Under the pieces are notes generated by a model. It did no database searches, was not told where the DNA came from, and saw only the letters and a program-made list of their open reading frames with translations. Position numbers and translations under genes: made by a program. From Rhizodiscina lignyota (lineage: Eukaryota), in assembly GCA_010015805.1 (NCBI GenBank), contig ML978143.1:186001-250000 (forward strand): a DNA stretch of 64,000 bases, in the 5' to 3' direction. This document shows, one piece after another, positions 48,319 through 62,306 of this stretch. The stretch's first letter is position 1, and each line of letters begins with the position of its first letter.

Positions 48319-51300
48319 CTACCGCCTCGCCATCGCTGCAGCAATCGCAGCATCCAGCCCCACTACCCTCAAGCTCTTTCCCCTCTTCATGTTGTCTCCA
48401 CCGTTCGCCCCCGTTCCCGCAGCAGCCATCGCAGCATTAAGGCCCGCCGTACCCGTCATGGCGCTCCACTTCGAATCATCCCAGTGCCTAAAGCACGCCT
48501 TCATATCACGTGGCGCTCCCTCGACTACGACCGTGCTCACGGGGACGAACGGCCTATCTTCCATCGAGGCGGCGAGGATACCATAGTCCTGCGCGAAGAG
48601 CAGGGCGGTGGTGAACGCGGCGGGGAAGTTGCGGGAGGAGGGGGTGAGGATTCTGGTTTTGGTATGTCAGGAAAGCTCTACGGTCGTAGGAGACGGGAGC
48701 GTGTTGTAGCGTTTTATGTGGGAGCACAAATAAAGATGGAAAGAGGAAGGATTAGGGGGTGGTGAGACGGGATAGGAGGCGTGAGAGGGAAGGGAAGGCG
48801 TGACATACATATATATCTCAAAGAACGCATCCAACACAAACACTCCCTCCACGCCCTCGACGTCCGTCTGCGCATACGGCGCAACCTCCGTGACCTTCGG
48901 CGGGCTCGATGGCGCCGCAGCTGCGCCGGCACTAAGTGGCGTCTTTGGTGTCTGCGGAGGAGAAGATGAGCGATCCGAGCTGCCAGTCGCACTAGTCGCC
49001 GACCACGACGGCCGCCGCCCCATGAACGGCGGCCAGAGCGAGCTCACCTGGAAGCCTCCCAGCGACAGAGATGCCGCCGGTTTGGCGTCGTTAGAAATCT
49101 TAAACAGTCTGGTGCGATAGCGCTCGCAGCTCGCCTTGCGGGCCCAGTGGTCCGCACTGGCGAAGATCTTCTTCGGCCCCCTTTCCGGCTGCGGGAAGAG
49201 GTCGATGAAAGACTGCGGCTCCTTGCCCTCGGCGACTTCGGCGACGTCCGGGCTGAGCCCGATGTCCATTGCGATAAGGCGTGCGCAGCCAACTTCTTCG
49301 GCAGTGCAACCGACGCCCTTCCAGAGGTTGAGCTTCCCACCTGCGAAGACGAGGAAGGGGAAGCCGGAGCAGAAGCTGCGGAGAGAGAAGTCGACTTCGT
49401 CGAAGGCAATATGGCCGACGTGTTTTCGGCCGCAGAGCATGAATTTTTGCGAGGGGTTTGGCTGGCTGTGTGAACCACGGCGGGTGACGACGATGCCGCC
49501 GAGAGCTTGGAAGAAGGCTGGACTCTCCTTGCCTTGTTGTACAATGTCCAGCTTTGCACTATTGTCCTTTGCGACTCGGCGGCCGAATAGTTGGGCGTCT
49601 TCGGCCGCAGAAGGGGAGACATTTGAGCCTGTCCACAAATAGACTTCCGTTGCCTTGCTGCCATTTGCGCGCTCGAATGAATGGCTGATGATGTACATTG
49701 AATCCTCGAATAGAATGTATTCCTCATTCGGCGGTAAGCTGATCATCTTACCGTCGCTTGAGATCTCATGTATCTGTTTGCGAGTTGTCCGAATCTTGCT
49801 GGTATCCAGCGGATATTCCTTCAACAGCGCCTGTGTATCGATGTCCACACTGGTCGGCATGACAGGTGTCTCGGTGAAGAAGTCAGAGAACAGCTTTGTA
49901 GCTTCGGAAGTCTGAGGAACAGGTGATTCAGGAAGTGGTTTTAGAGTGATGCTGTTTCGTGACCTCTTGGAAGTATCTGGTTGAGGACTTGTTGGGTTGC
50001 GTCCGCCAGATACCATTGGTGACTTCGGTCGACTGCTCGACTTGGGTAGCAGCCCAGCACTTGAGGGAGGTGATATGGGTAACTGGCTACGATGTTGCGG
50101 TTCTTCCGTCTTCTTGATAATTGGAACACCTGTCTTTTCCTGTCGAGGCTCCACCACTGCTGTCCTCTTTGGCGACTCGAATGGAGCACCAAGACCAGCT
50201 TCTCGCATCGCATCCTCCTCGTCATTCTTCGTAGGCAGCTTTATAGGCGAGCTAGGTCCCGATGTCGACGTTGGGGAGTTTGCCGGTTTGCCCCAAAGCG
50301 AAGCTGCACTCTTCACAGACACGCTCGGCTCTATCTTTTCCGGTGAGCCTGGCCGGGACTGTGGCTTTGTGGGACTGGGGACACTGGTCTTCTGCAGGTC
50401 ATTGATGGTCGGGGATTTGGTCAATGTTGAAGTGTTTGGCAGTGGGTTGACCTTATTTGCAATTTGACTTGCAAAGACGCCTGTTCCGGTTTTCGGAATT
50501 GGAGCTGGCTTTGGCACATTTTGAGCTGGAATCACTGGTACATCCTTCGCATCTTCGGATGGAGTTACATCCCTAGATGAAGTGGGGATTGATGGAAGTT
50601 GCCTCGGAGAGCCACTGGGCTGACCACCAACTCGACGAGCTATTTGATCTGCGAAGGATGCAGTGCCTCCCTTTGAAATTGAAGAATACGGCTTCTTCGG
50701 CTCCTCCACCGGCGGCTCATTTAGAGTAACTGGCTCAACCTTTGCTGGCTCAGCCTTTGCTGGCTCAGGAGTTCTACCGGCGGCAGGCAAGGCTTTAGAA
50801 AACTGCAACGGCTTCGGCTTCTCGATCCTCTCAGGCGACGGCTCTTCAGTTGTGATAGCATTGACAGAATCTTGGTTACCTCGAAGTGGCGACGCTCTGA
50901 TGTCGTTTTGTGCATCGCCGAAACCAAAGTCAAAGCCACCAAGGCTCACATCCGGAGTTTGCAATGTCACCTTTGGTGGTTCGTCGCTTCCAAGCACCAA
51001 CTCTTCTTTAACAAGAGATATCGATCTGGGAGCTACCTCTTTCGGCTTCTCTTGCACTGGCTCTGCCCTGGGCTGTGCCTCAGTCTTGCCGGGTGCTCGT
51101 CGCTTTGGTCCCCTCGCTCGAGCTTTGGTCATATGCGTCAGCGGCTCTCCTTCTTTCGGCGGTTCAGATGAAGTGTTTCGGGCAGTGGAGAAAGTTGATG
51201 CATTGTCGGTGGAGGCATTGCTCTTAGCACCGCCTGCAGGAGGAGGTCCGCGAGCTAACATGCCCACCAGGCCAGGATTGAATCGTTCTGCGAGCTTGCT

Positions 51301-53626
51301 CGATACGCCACTTCTCAATGGATTCAAAGCAGGTGATTGTGAAGGTGTAGAAGAACTCTGTAAAGGAGCTGGTTTTGGAGTTGAAGGTTGTGAGAGACCT
51401 TCATTTGCCCTTGCAGGGCCCGATTCGCGCAGTCCGGAAGGTGTACGATCGTGCAGAGACGATGAAGGTTTACTCCACGTTGCTGGACTCGTGCGTGCTG
51501 CGAAGGGATATTCAGAGGGTCCGTCAGTGGTTGAAGGCTTCGGCTTATCAACCACCGGTGGCTTCTCGGTCATTCTCCTTCTCGCAGCCAGAGCCTCAGG
51601 GACGTCCGTCTTCTTCTCTGGCAGAGGTGGAGAAGCAGGTTTATCATCTGTTTCTTCAGCTTCCTTTTTCACGCGCATAGCCTCCTTTTGTTTCATGATG
51701 CTCTCCTTAAGCTCATCTCGCTTCACGCGTGGTGCCGGACCGCCGGTGATGTTCAGAGCAGCCTTTCCCCGCGTGATATTGGCCTTGAACATATCTGGAG
51801 CGACATAATTCTTCGTCTCTGTCCGGCGCAGTTTGCCCAGGGCGTTCTTGAACTCTGGCTCCGTATTTGATGTGTTGTCATCGGAGGTTTGTCTAGTCCG
51901 AAGGGTGGCGCGGAAGTCTGTCTTGGGCGGCGTTTGCGGTTTTGGTTTGATTTCGGGAGGAGGGCTCTTGGCTTTGGTCGAGATGGATGATACTGTAGAG
52001 GTAGATGTACGACTGAGATCTTTAGTCGGATTCGACTCTGTTCGCTCTAGAGTAGGAGTAGGCTCTGGCGATGTCGACACCTCTTTTGAGGCTTCAGGGG
52101 CGACCTCCGCAGTTGGTGAAGTAGCAGCACTCTTCGTTGGGCTTGTAGAAGGCTTCTCCATAGCAGAGATATCAACAGAGCTCCGATTAGACCGCTGCTG
52201 CTTTGCTTTGTTCAGCTCTGCCATCCAACTTGGCTGATTTGAAACCTTTGGTTTCGGCGACTCCGGCTTGTTGATTGCACTCTCCAACCAACTCGATTTT
52301 GTTGGGCTCCAACGCTTCGAAGGACTTGGAGGAGTGGCCGCGTCGGTATTGCCATCAAAATCGGATCGCAATGATAGCGTCGACTTGGACCGAGTGTGTG
52401 AGGGTAGTGCTGGTTTCACAAAGACATCCGGTGGTGCTGCATCGACATCTGGAGTGATCGTTTGATTGCTGTAACTCGAGGTTGGACGCGAACCTGCTTC
52501 CTGAGAGCCCTCGCGGCTTAGAGAAGAGCCAGACGCATTGTCCAGACGTGGCATGCTGGAGGAACCAGACGCTCCTCCCTTTGCTCCAGCGTGTGAATTC
52601 TGTCTGCTCAATCCTTGGGCTGCTTGCGCACTCCATCTCTTGTTGACACTATCTGAACGCTTCATCATTGCGCTTTGTACGAAGCCACCTGCTCCCTTTG
52701 TAGGTGATGGGGGCCTCATGGGAGTTGCATTGTCAGGTGTGGATGGGCTAAGTTGTTTCGGAGGATCGAGTGGTTTTTCAGCAGTGCTATATGCCGAGCT
52801 GGAAGTTGCCGTAGAGAACCGATTGCTCCACGATGTGCTTTCGCGTACCGAGCTGCCCCGAGAAGGAGAGCTAGACCGCAGACTATCCGGTGGAGGGCTC
52901 GTGGCACCTTCTACGGGTGAAGATGCAGATTCAGCACGCGACATACCGGGCAGACCAAATCTACGTGGTGCCTCTCCATCTACTACTGGGTCCTCCTGAT
53001 TCCGTCTGTATGCTGCTGATCCAGTCCCCCTATCTGCCGTCTGTTTGAACCATGATGGATCTTTCGAGCCGAGAGATTGAGCGATCTGAGTGCGTGTAGG
53101 CTCTGCTGTCTCCTCCGATGCTCTGCTCCCAACCCCGGAAAACGGCCTTCGTCCACCAGACGAGCCTGGCCTCTGCTGCCATGAAAGCGTTCCTGACCGT
53201 GCCAATGCCGAAGCTGACTTTGTCGGCGATTCCGGTCTCGACGGTTCGGGTGCACTTGTGAGCTTGGTCATCGTCTCTCCAATCGCGTCTGCACGAGGTG
53301 CACTTGGTGAGAGAGCCTCCATCGCCGCGTTGCTGTCAAGGTCGAGAGTCTTCGTCGCGGTGGAAGGTGGGGTGGCAGTCTTTTCCGGACTCAATGAACG
53401 CGCGCGCTCTGGACGTACACTAGTCAGCACTATATGGACGCGGTTGAAAACAACGCGTCCGGGTCTTACCAGCTCTCCGTGCAGCGCGTTCACTTCGGCC
53501 TTTCTCGATGTCGGCCTCAATGGACGAGAGCCTCAGCGCATCCTCCTGCTCATGCTTCTCGCTCAATTCCCGGATGCGCTTCACGAAGGCCGACGGGTCC
53601 AAGTCGTCTTGCGGACTGGCCGACAT
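48319..53626 (-). CDS. DUF4045-containing protein with C-terminal gelsolin-like repeats; exons 53626..53470, 53408..48809, 48652..48319
   Basis: FVKRIREL..ERAARRA|ERARSLSPEK, PSPTKGAGGFVQSAMMKRSDSVNKRW, WSPTKSSWLESA; gelsolin-like VYLWTG, QGKESPAFFQALGG, VLDAFFEIYI, AQDYGILAAS. Confidence 0.88.
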
Positions 53627-54233
53627 GTCAAAACAAAACTTGGAATCTCACGCGCAGCGGACTCCTGGGCACAGCATGTGTGGATTGGGATTTGCAGGTG
53701 TGGTGTGAAGGGTGCAGTCGAGCGCCCTGGAAAAGCGGGATCCCCTGTTGCTCAAAAGCTTGACATGGTGCAGGCGCTGGGGCATTCCTACACCTATTTT
53801 GGGACGCTCAACACAACCAATATTTAGATTTCACGAATTACTTGGTGGTCGTGTCTAATCTGTTCTATCCTATTGCTCGTCTAAGCCTCGGGTTCTACTA
53901 TTTTTCCTATCCATGTCGGTGTCGAACGACGCGCTTTGTCTATCCGCTCGCGTGTCTTCCACGAGTGCTCGACCGGAATGAGTGTCAGTGTGAGACTAAG
54001 CCGCTTTGGGCGTGAGAACTTGTGACGCGTGTTTGAGAAGCCACAGTCCGATTCCCGAAGGTGTTTCGGCGGTCGATCAAGCACAGACGCCTTGCGGCAT
54101 CGAGCTCGAGGAGAGGGACTGCCGGACTGCTTGAAATCGTCGTGCAGAATTATGTACCTGCATGAGCAACGATGGACTGAAGAAAAGCTGGTACCGACGC
54201 GTCTCAAGCGCGTTTATATATGGAGAGGGCGCA

Positions 54234-55101
54234 TTAGAACAGAAACAAACGGTTCTTTGCGTCCTCAACAACCCACGCTAGGCCTTCCTGCAGATTGAGT
54301 CCCGTCATAGCCGAACAGGACATGATCTTCCAAAGATGTGTCTTGATGTTGTCCAATTGCAGTGCCTCAGGCAGACGTTAGATCTGCACTGCTCGCGGAC
54401 ATTGAGAGTGCTGTGGCTCAGCTCACCTTGCGGACTTCGTCCTCGCTCATCGCCCCTGAGACGTCGCTTTTGTTTTTGAACACCAGCAGACTAGCCCCCG
54501 AAAGCCTCTATGCACCTGTCAGCATTTAATATGTAGATTCGGAACAGCGATGATTGTTGTACTTCTTCCAATAAAAGTGAGCCGAGCTCTTGGCGGCAGT
54601 CGTCCATCCGTTCTCTGTCCGTGGAGTCGACCACCCATATCAACTGTGGAAGTGAGCAAATGCGTCTACAACGAGTGGCTAGATTCGTACTGTGTCAGTA
54701 CGCTCAAAGTAATTCTTCCAATATGTGCGTAACGTCTTCTGGCCCCCGACATCCCCTGACAAGAGAGAATTAGGCATTGATAAAGTTTAGTGCAATCGGG
54801 CATAGTACAGATATTCAGCTTATACCTGAGGCCATCAGTATCAGTGGCGCAAGAAGACAGTGTATTCGGCCTTACCCTTCATAATCAATTGTCTTGATGA
54901 TGAAGCCGAGGGTAGGACTGACGGTGTGGACGTCTTCGCCCATAATGCGCTTCACGATCGTCGTCTTTCCAGCATTATCAAGGCCTCTTTAACCGCTGCA
55001 TAAGTATGAAGAGCGTTAAAATTCGTGCAGGGTGTTACTCACAGCATCAAAATCCTCATCTCCTTGTCCTTCAGTCTCGCTTTGCGCAGGATCGACAGCA
55101 T
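54234..55101 (-). CDS. ARL2: ADP-ribosylation factor-like GTPase 2 (Cin4/Alp41 type), about 7 short exons
   Basis: Manual splicing: [35 protein letters not shown]..|[23 protein letters not shown]..|LIWVVDS..|..FKNKSD..|..[14 protein letters not shown]. Absent from the ORF track. Confidence 0.93.
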
Positions 55102-55788
55102 GTCGGCGTTGGGTGAAGGAGAGAGCGTGCCTTCACTGCCTTCTGGATGCGGAAAACCCTTGGCGCATGAGATGCTACGCAAGCGAGCAGTCACCACCCT
55201 CCCACAATAAGCTGCCACTCCTCAATAGAACAATAGTAGCATGCGACAATAGCAATTTCTGACTGGCCATCCGAATTTGGTTGCAGCTCTCCGCGTTGCT
55301 CTCTTTTACTTCTACAATACACCTCCTTTCTTCCTTCTTCCCAGAAGTACACCCTCTCACTTACCTCTACCTCTCCACCCTGTGCTCTTTCATCAACCCT
55401 CCAAGTACCCTTCACAACCCTCTCCACCCTTCACATCCAACTCCTGGCCATTCAGGCCCTCAGAGGTTGAAAGTGCGATGCTAATTGCGTTCATCACACG
55501 GGCGCCGTCTTGACGACGTGAGTCTACTTGGTGATCACACTCTTATTCTCATCCATCTCATGTTAACCAATGGAGCAGTCAGCCTCATCAACACCGACTT
55601 CTCTGGTCAGCCTGTGATCGCGTCCAGCTTTGCTTCGCCAAGCAGCATTCGACTCATCACTTGACTTTCTTCGCTTAAGAATAGCTGCAACTTCACGGCT
55701 TCTCGATCACTTCAATTCCGGCGCGACAGGATCGCACCGCGTACACCCAAGGCTTTGCAGTCACATCTCAAAAAGTGGACACGTCGAC

Positions 55789-57948
55789 ATGGCCAGCGCA
55801 GCTGCAGGACCTTCGACGCCGGCCTTCGTGCCTCCTCATCTCCGCACAAGATACGCTAGGAACTCTCAGAATAGCAGCAATAACAACAGTACAGCTGCCA
55901 ACGGTGATCCACCTGCCGAAAAAGACGCCACCTCAGACCTAACGACGAATGGGACAGCGACGAACGGTTCCCACCAGGCCAACGGAACTTCACAAAATCT
56001 GAATCCTTCCAAATGGGCTAATAACACCAACAATAACGGCCGGGTGAATGAGGGCAGTCATAAGCACAGAAGCTCGAGACGGATTCAAAACAATGCTGCT
56101 CCTGCCAAAGTGCAACGCGCAGACTCGCCTCAAGAGATGCCACAACAACAGCCTGTGCAAGTCGAGAACACCTCGGAACATGTTGCGCCGCAAGGCAAAT
56201 CTCAAGAGCCTTCCGCTCAAAAACCCACACAAGTCGAGACCAACGGACGACAGACCGCTCCTCAGGACAAGGTTCCAAGTCAAGACGGCGAGGCCAAAAT
56301 GGCGATGGCTAAGGTTACTGCCGGCACCACGAGTGCTCCTCAAGACAAAAACCCAACTCAGAAATGTGAGGTCAAGCTGGTGACAGCAAAGATCACTGCC
56401 GCTTCAACAACAGAGTGGCCTAGGACTGCAGAGACGGCTCACACAAACGCCTGGTATCAGAAGCAGGCACTCCATCAGCAACCTAAAAAATTGACCATGC
56501 GCGAGGCGATGAAAAAGAGCAAGTCGCCATCTGGCACTCCACAGCTTCGCAACGCTTCACCTGATAGCAACGCTTGGGCGTCCCCGGACACAGAAGGCAA
56601 CACAAGACCGCTTGCGGACCATGAAGACCCATACCAAGCTGTCCGTCACATGGTGGACTGGGAGGGCAACCTTCTCCCACCACCGGTCGAGTGGGTCGAG
56701 AGGAGCACATTCCATGATCCGCGATTCTACGAAACCATCAACAGGTGGGTCTTGAAAGTTAGCAATGCCGGCCAACATCTGATTAAGGTTGACACGGAGC
56801 CGACCTTCCAGTAAGTGATTCCTGTGAGATTTCCTGAAGCACACTTGCTAACATGAGATATCAACACAGCGATGAGACTAACGGCGAGCTTGCTCCCCGC
56901 TCATGGGTACCAACTACCATCGATTTAAGGTCTGCGCAAGAACACTGGGCCCATACCTACAAGATTTTCTTAGAGGATGAGGACCCGTCAGCCAGACCCT
57001 TCTGGCATCTGTACCAGACTAATCGATCGAACTGTCTCAACCCTCTGATAGTTCCCGATGCCCGTGTTGACCCCACCGACGAGGGCTTCAAGGCCTACAA
57101 CAAGGACAACGGCAGCCATGCCAAGTCGATCCTCTACCAGCAAAAGTTGGCAAAGAAGCGCAATGGCTTGGCCAAATTCCGTGAGGAAGAACGCCGTTTC
57201 AAGGCGCGGCCTAACCCCATCGCGCCTCCACCCAACCGTCTTCGTCCCAAGGTCAACATGTTCGTTCGACCAGCTGAAGCGCGTGACCTCGACCAGATCA
57301 CCGCCATCTACAACTGGTACGTCAACAATTCGGTACTTGTCCCAGAGCAAGAGGACATCTCGTCAAGCACCATGCGCAGCCGCCTCCGCACCATGGCAGA
57401 CGCCCGCCTCCCCTTCCTCGTCGCCGTTGCCAAAGCGTCGAACTACAACGCGCGCAGTCCCGACGAGACAATCATCGGCTTCGGCCACGCCGACGAAATG
57501 GGCGATATGAAGAACATGTGGTGGTTTACAGTCGACATGGAGATCTACGTGCACCACGACTTCCTGACCAAGGGTGTGGGCAAGAACCTTCTCGGCCGCC
57601 TGCTCTTCTGTCTCGACCCAAACTTCCAAGTCGATGGAGGCTGCGACTGGGATGGTGGTGAAGACTGGATGTACGGCAACAGGAGGCTGGTTGGTAACGT
57701 GCTGTGCCACGTGCCGTATGCTACGACGGATGTGGCGCGTGCGGCGTGGGTTGGAGGTCTGCTGGAGCGATCCCACTTCGAGAAGTGCGGTGAGATGAAG
57801 GACATCGGTGTCAAGCTTGGGGTTAAGTAAGTGGATAATCATGATTTTGGTATTAACAATATGCTGACTATAGTTTTGTAGTGTCAGCCAGGCGATCTAC
57901 AAGCTCAAGACTGCGCACCGGATCGATCCGAAGAATCCTTTCGCTTGA
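55789..57948 (+). CDS. GNAT-family acetyltransferase with long low-complexity N-terminus; exons 55789..56810, 56870..57826, 57882..57948
   Basis: VRPAEARDLDQITAIYNWYV, LPFLVAV, EIYVHHDFLTKGVGKNLL (acetyl-CoA motif), IGVKLG; upstream DWEGNLLPPPVEW motif. Confidence 0.85.
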
Positions 57949-59319
57949 AGTACACATGAATGGCACGAGACCCCTGACTTGCGCTGGAGGGTGGTTTGGT
58001 CGATACTTTTCTTTCTTCTGACGATTTTCTGAACTTGCGAGTTGGCTTCTCATGGCGTGGGGGTCGTAATGGCTGCAAGACAGTGGTTTGGTTCACAACA
58101 AGCATCATGGCGAAGGATAATCGATGTGGCATATCTCCAAAACCCAGTAAATGCCTGAGACCGCGGTGCGGTAAATTGCATAAAATGGACTTGTTTTCTC
58201 TTCTCTACGGAGTACTCTATGCTCTTTGCTCTCTTGGCTCTGCACATACAATGCGGGCTATGGCCATACTCTGCGCTTAGCGCAAACCATCAATTCAATA
58301 GGCGTTAGTACACTCCTCTCGGATTCCACTATTATAGTGATGGCTTACCTCGACAGTGACAGATATTCCATGCTACACAGATGCAGGGAAATATTATAAC
58401 TTACAGTCTCTTCTGATATGATATACGATATTTATTGAAGCTGTGTAAACTTGATCAATAAGGCCACATCTATTTCAAACCAAGCATTTATTGATACTCA
58501 TTGAATTGAAGGAAAAAATTCTGTGAAGTCGGCAATATAGTTGTGAAAACCCATACGCTAACCACGTAAGTTAGGCAATTAAAAAAATATCAATGTCTGA
58601 CCTTCTTCAGACATTAGAATCTGTATTTATACTATTAACTCTCTGGTCGGTTCCTGGTCAATCAAAGAACCGTTGCATTACCAGCTGCAGGTAGTATGCT
58701 GTGGGGTGTGGCGAGAGGTCACCTTTTAGCCCCCGCCGTGTTGATTCTCTTCTCTATCAAAAGCACACTAAACCGAACGTTTAGAGACGCTTCCTCCTCC
58801 GTTGAAGAGCAGAAGCTGGCAATGTTACATCATCTTGACCTCCACGGAGCCAACCTGTGTCATTCATCTGAAGTCAATTAAAGTGAGCATTCGGGCATGC
58901 TATCTCTTGTATGGAAGAGCAGACCTCCTTTTTACTATACACCTTCGACGTATGCTGAGTGAGGGTTCTTTATCCACCGAAGGGATACTACGTTGAGCCT
59001 CCGAGACGCTCACCCTTTTGTTGAACAGCAAAGGTCGTTAATGCCACGTTCTTTCGACACTCAATGAAGAAAGCTATTTCAGCTGTCCAAAGCATATTAA
59101 TTCCAAAGCACATTAAATTGAGCTTTCGGACATGATTTGATTTGTATCGGAGAGCAAGATTGATTTATGCTACAAGCTTTCAACCTTAGCGGAGCTGAGC
59201 AACTTCATCACTCTCCATCCTTACCCAAGCAGACACTGTTCTTTCAACGCCAGAACCAATGCACTCTTTCTTCTCTCACTACCAACACCTTCCCTTCGCT
59301 TTTATTGATTCGTTGATGA

Positions 59320-62306
59320 TCACTCCGCCCAAAGCGGAGCCACACACTCCACTGCCCTCTCCACCACCGCCCTAACCCGATCCCTCAAAACCCCACTCGC
59401 ACACTCAACGCTCAGATCTTCCAGCCACACCTTGGCAACCTGCTTATCCACCTTGATCTCTACTCCGGGGACGGGAATGCCCATGGCATGCAGGCGTGCC
59501 ATTTCCTTCTTTTCCCACTCCATGTCCACATCTGTGGTTTCAGTGGACTCGGCTTCGGGTGTTGGGGGAGAAGCGGGAGGACGCGGGGCGGTGATGGGGG
59601 TGATGGAGGGACCAAATTGTGCTTCAAGGAAGAGGCAAAGGCGGTCGAAGCGGGCTTTCGGGTCGGACTTGGCGTGTGGGTTTGGGCGGGAGGTGGTGTG
59701 AGCGTGGGTGTGAGCGTGAGCTTGGGAGGACTCTGATAAGATTATTAGCATAAAGCGCATCAAAAAAGAAAAAGGAAATGAAATGGCCAAGTAAAGGGAA
59801 TAGGGGAATGAAAGCACATACGTCTCACAGCAGCGGGACTGCTCTCCACCGTAAACAGCACCGCGAGGACCGCATCCGCGATGCCATCGTTGATCATATT
59901 GCCTTCCCACTCAACCTCTACTTCACCTTTTGCACCGCACTTGACGATAACGCAGTCCATGACCTGGAAGGCGGCGATGGCGTCGTCTCGGCCGATTTCC
60001 TCATCGGGTTGGTCTTCGCCCTTGACGCCGTTTACGTGGCCTGCCTTGCCGTTCACGCCATTCTTGCCAGGCTGGAGATCCTTGAGACTGCCGAACGTGC
60101 CCTCTAACGCCCAACGGATGAGATCCACACCAGCTGTGCTGAGTCTCAGGCGTTGACGACACGTGATCGTAGTGGTCGTGAGACCGGCGTACTCGCGCAG
60201 GTCCTCAGGTGCCATGAGGCTCATCTTGAAATCGTTCTGGACAAGCACGCCAGTGATGAGTTGGTTGTCGGTTGTAAGCGTGGTCTCCTCGGTTTCAGAT
60301 TTGGTGCGAACGGCAAGGGAAGGTGGAGGAATCTGCGCGAGCTTGCCAACGACCTTGGCAACCTTGTCCTGCTTGAAGGGGATGCGAAGTTCTTCGGTGT
60401 TGGCGGGGGAGAAGACTTTCATAGGCCGGGCGCGGTCGGCGTTCAGGGAGAGGAGCTTGGACTTGAAACGCGTCATTAGGTGTTTCTCGCCGTGGACCAG
60501 GATCTGCAGAACCGTCAATGTTTTTGATATCTCCCTCTGGGATATGAGACTTGAGGGTAATAGCGGGACTTACAACGACCTGGGGATTGACCTCTTCAAC
60601 GAATTCACGGTTCTCTTGGCCATCGACGTGAGCAGCAAATGCAAACTCTTGCACGCTACATCTCCTTGGAATCTGTACTTGATCTGGCTCCTTCCCCAGC
60701 GGTCCTCTGCCTCTTGCTCCGCCGGCTGTACTTCGAGTCATGACGGCATTGATGAATTCTGGCTCATTCACAATGAGCTTGGCCATTGTCCCTTCGACTG
60801 AGTAGCCGGTAATTATGACTCCGTTTCTCTCGTCTGGTGCCCATCTTTCGAGCAGCTCTCGGGAAACGCCGTTCTGCAGCATACCTGGCGAAGCAAGCAT
60901 GACGCAGCTCCCAACATCATCGAATCTCTCCAAGTTCTTCAGACTTCTGATATAACGAAAGTCCCAAGGTCCGGCTTTTGTGATATCTCCTGCCGCTTCA
61001 GCTTCTGCCATGCGCTCCCGGAATAGCCTTTTTATATTGGCATTCATCGCAGAGATGTATGTCTGATACACCACCATACATTTTCGCGCCAGACTACTCG
61101 CGTAGTATATGGGAATTTTCTGGTACTCGGGGTGTTTGCCCCAGTACTCGTCGAGAATAAGCAACAGCTCCTGCGCTCGTCCCAATGCAAAAACTGGAAG
61201 CAGAGCACGACCACCACGGTTGAGAATAGACGTGATTGATTTCATCAAAGCGGCCTCCTTCTCCAATCTCGGTACATGGCTGGCTGTGCCGTACGTAGAC
61301 TCCGTGATCAGGACGTCCACTTTCGTGTTCTTCGGCGCCTCCGCTGTGATAAGATGCCTGTCCTCTTCTCTTGAGTAGTCTCCTGTGAACAATATCTTCA
61401 AGCCCGCAATCTCTATGAGGAACATTGCTGCGCCGAGGACGTGGCCAGCAGGGTATGGTGTGATTCGGATTGAAGATATGGTATGTGTAGTGTAGTAGTC
61501 GATCGCTTCGATTTGAGGGAAAGTGGAAAGGTGATCTGCTTCGTTGTAGAGCTGTATCCGCTGTTCTGATGATGACGACATGTTGCCGACACGGACAGAA
61601 TCTTGGATAAGCCATTTGTAGATGGCCTTTGTGGGGTGGGTCATAAAGACTCGGCCCTTGAAGTTGGTTTTGGCGAGGACGTAGGGAAGAGATGCCGCGT
61701 GGTCGATGTGAAAACTGGTGTCGACTAATCAGTAGATTCATCCTATCGAGATGTAGACAGATACGTCTGTATACGCAGGCAGGAGCACGGAGAAGGGAAG
61801 AGGACGGTTGGAGAACGAATTATATTTGTTTCTCAGTACAGGATGGTCAAACAACCATGGCGACAGAAGGCATGTTACAAGGATCCTCAGTCTGCTGCGT
61901 GGGCATTCTGTGAGGCGGGAAGAGATTGCTGTCCATCCCGCGATACCAAGTGTGTCCATGCCATGCCATGCGAGATATGCAGCTTCGAGGAAAGCACACT
62001 TACTGGCTTACGAGTAACACGTCGACGGTGCTAAGATCGAACTCATCGTAGAAGGGCATGGCAGCGAAACCATCGTAAGCTGGATGCATTCCAGCGTCGA
62101 GCTATGGGGAGAGTCAGAGTCTAGTCCGCCAAAAACTCATTTGCTAAAGGACATACCATTACTGTCTTCCCCTTGTACTGAATGATGTGACACGACCTTC
62201 CAACTTCATTTCCGCCTCCCAAGCAGAGGAACATGAGCTCATCGCTTGGATCTACGACTTCCTCCTCTGGTTTCGCCATATCGGCGAGCTTCCGCTTGGC
62301 CGCCAT
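59320..62306 (-). CDS. YSH1: CPSF73 pre-mRNA 3'-end endoribonuclease; exons 62306..62157, 62101..62004, 61714..60574, 60503..59822, 59732..59320
   Basis: [70 protein letters not shown]. Confidence 0.96.

Noticed and set aside
49136..53827. Long plus-strand ORFs (e.g. 50663..51808, 53090..53827)
   Set aside because: Antisense shadows of the DUF4045/gelsolin gene.
57950..59300. AT-rich stretch with short ORFs between GNAT and YSH1
   Set aside because: Consistent with convergent 3'UTRs and terminators; no supported gene, RNA gene or terminal repeats.
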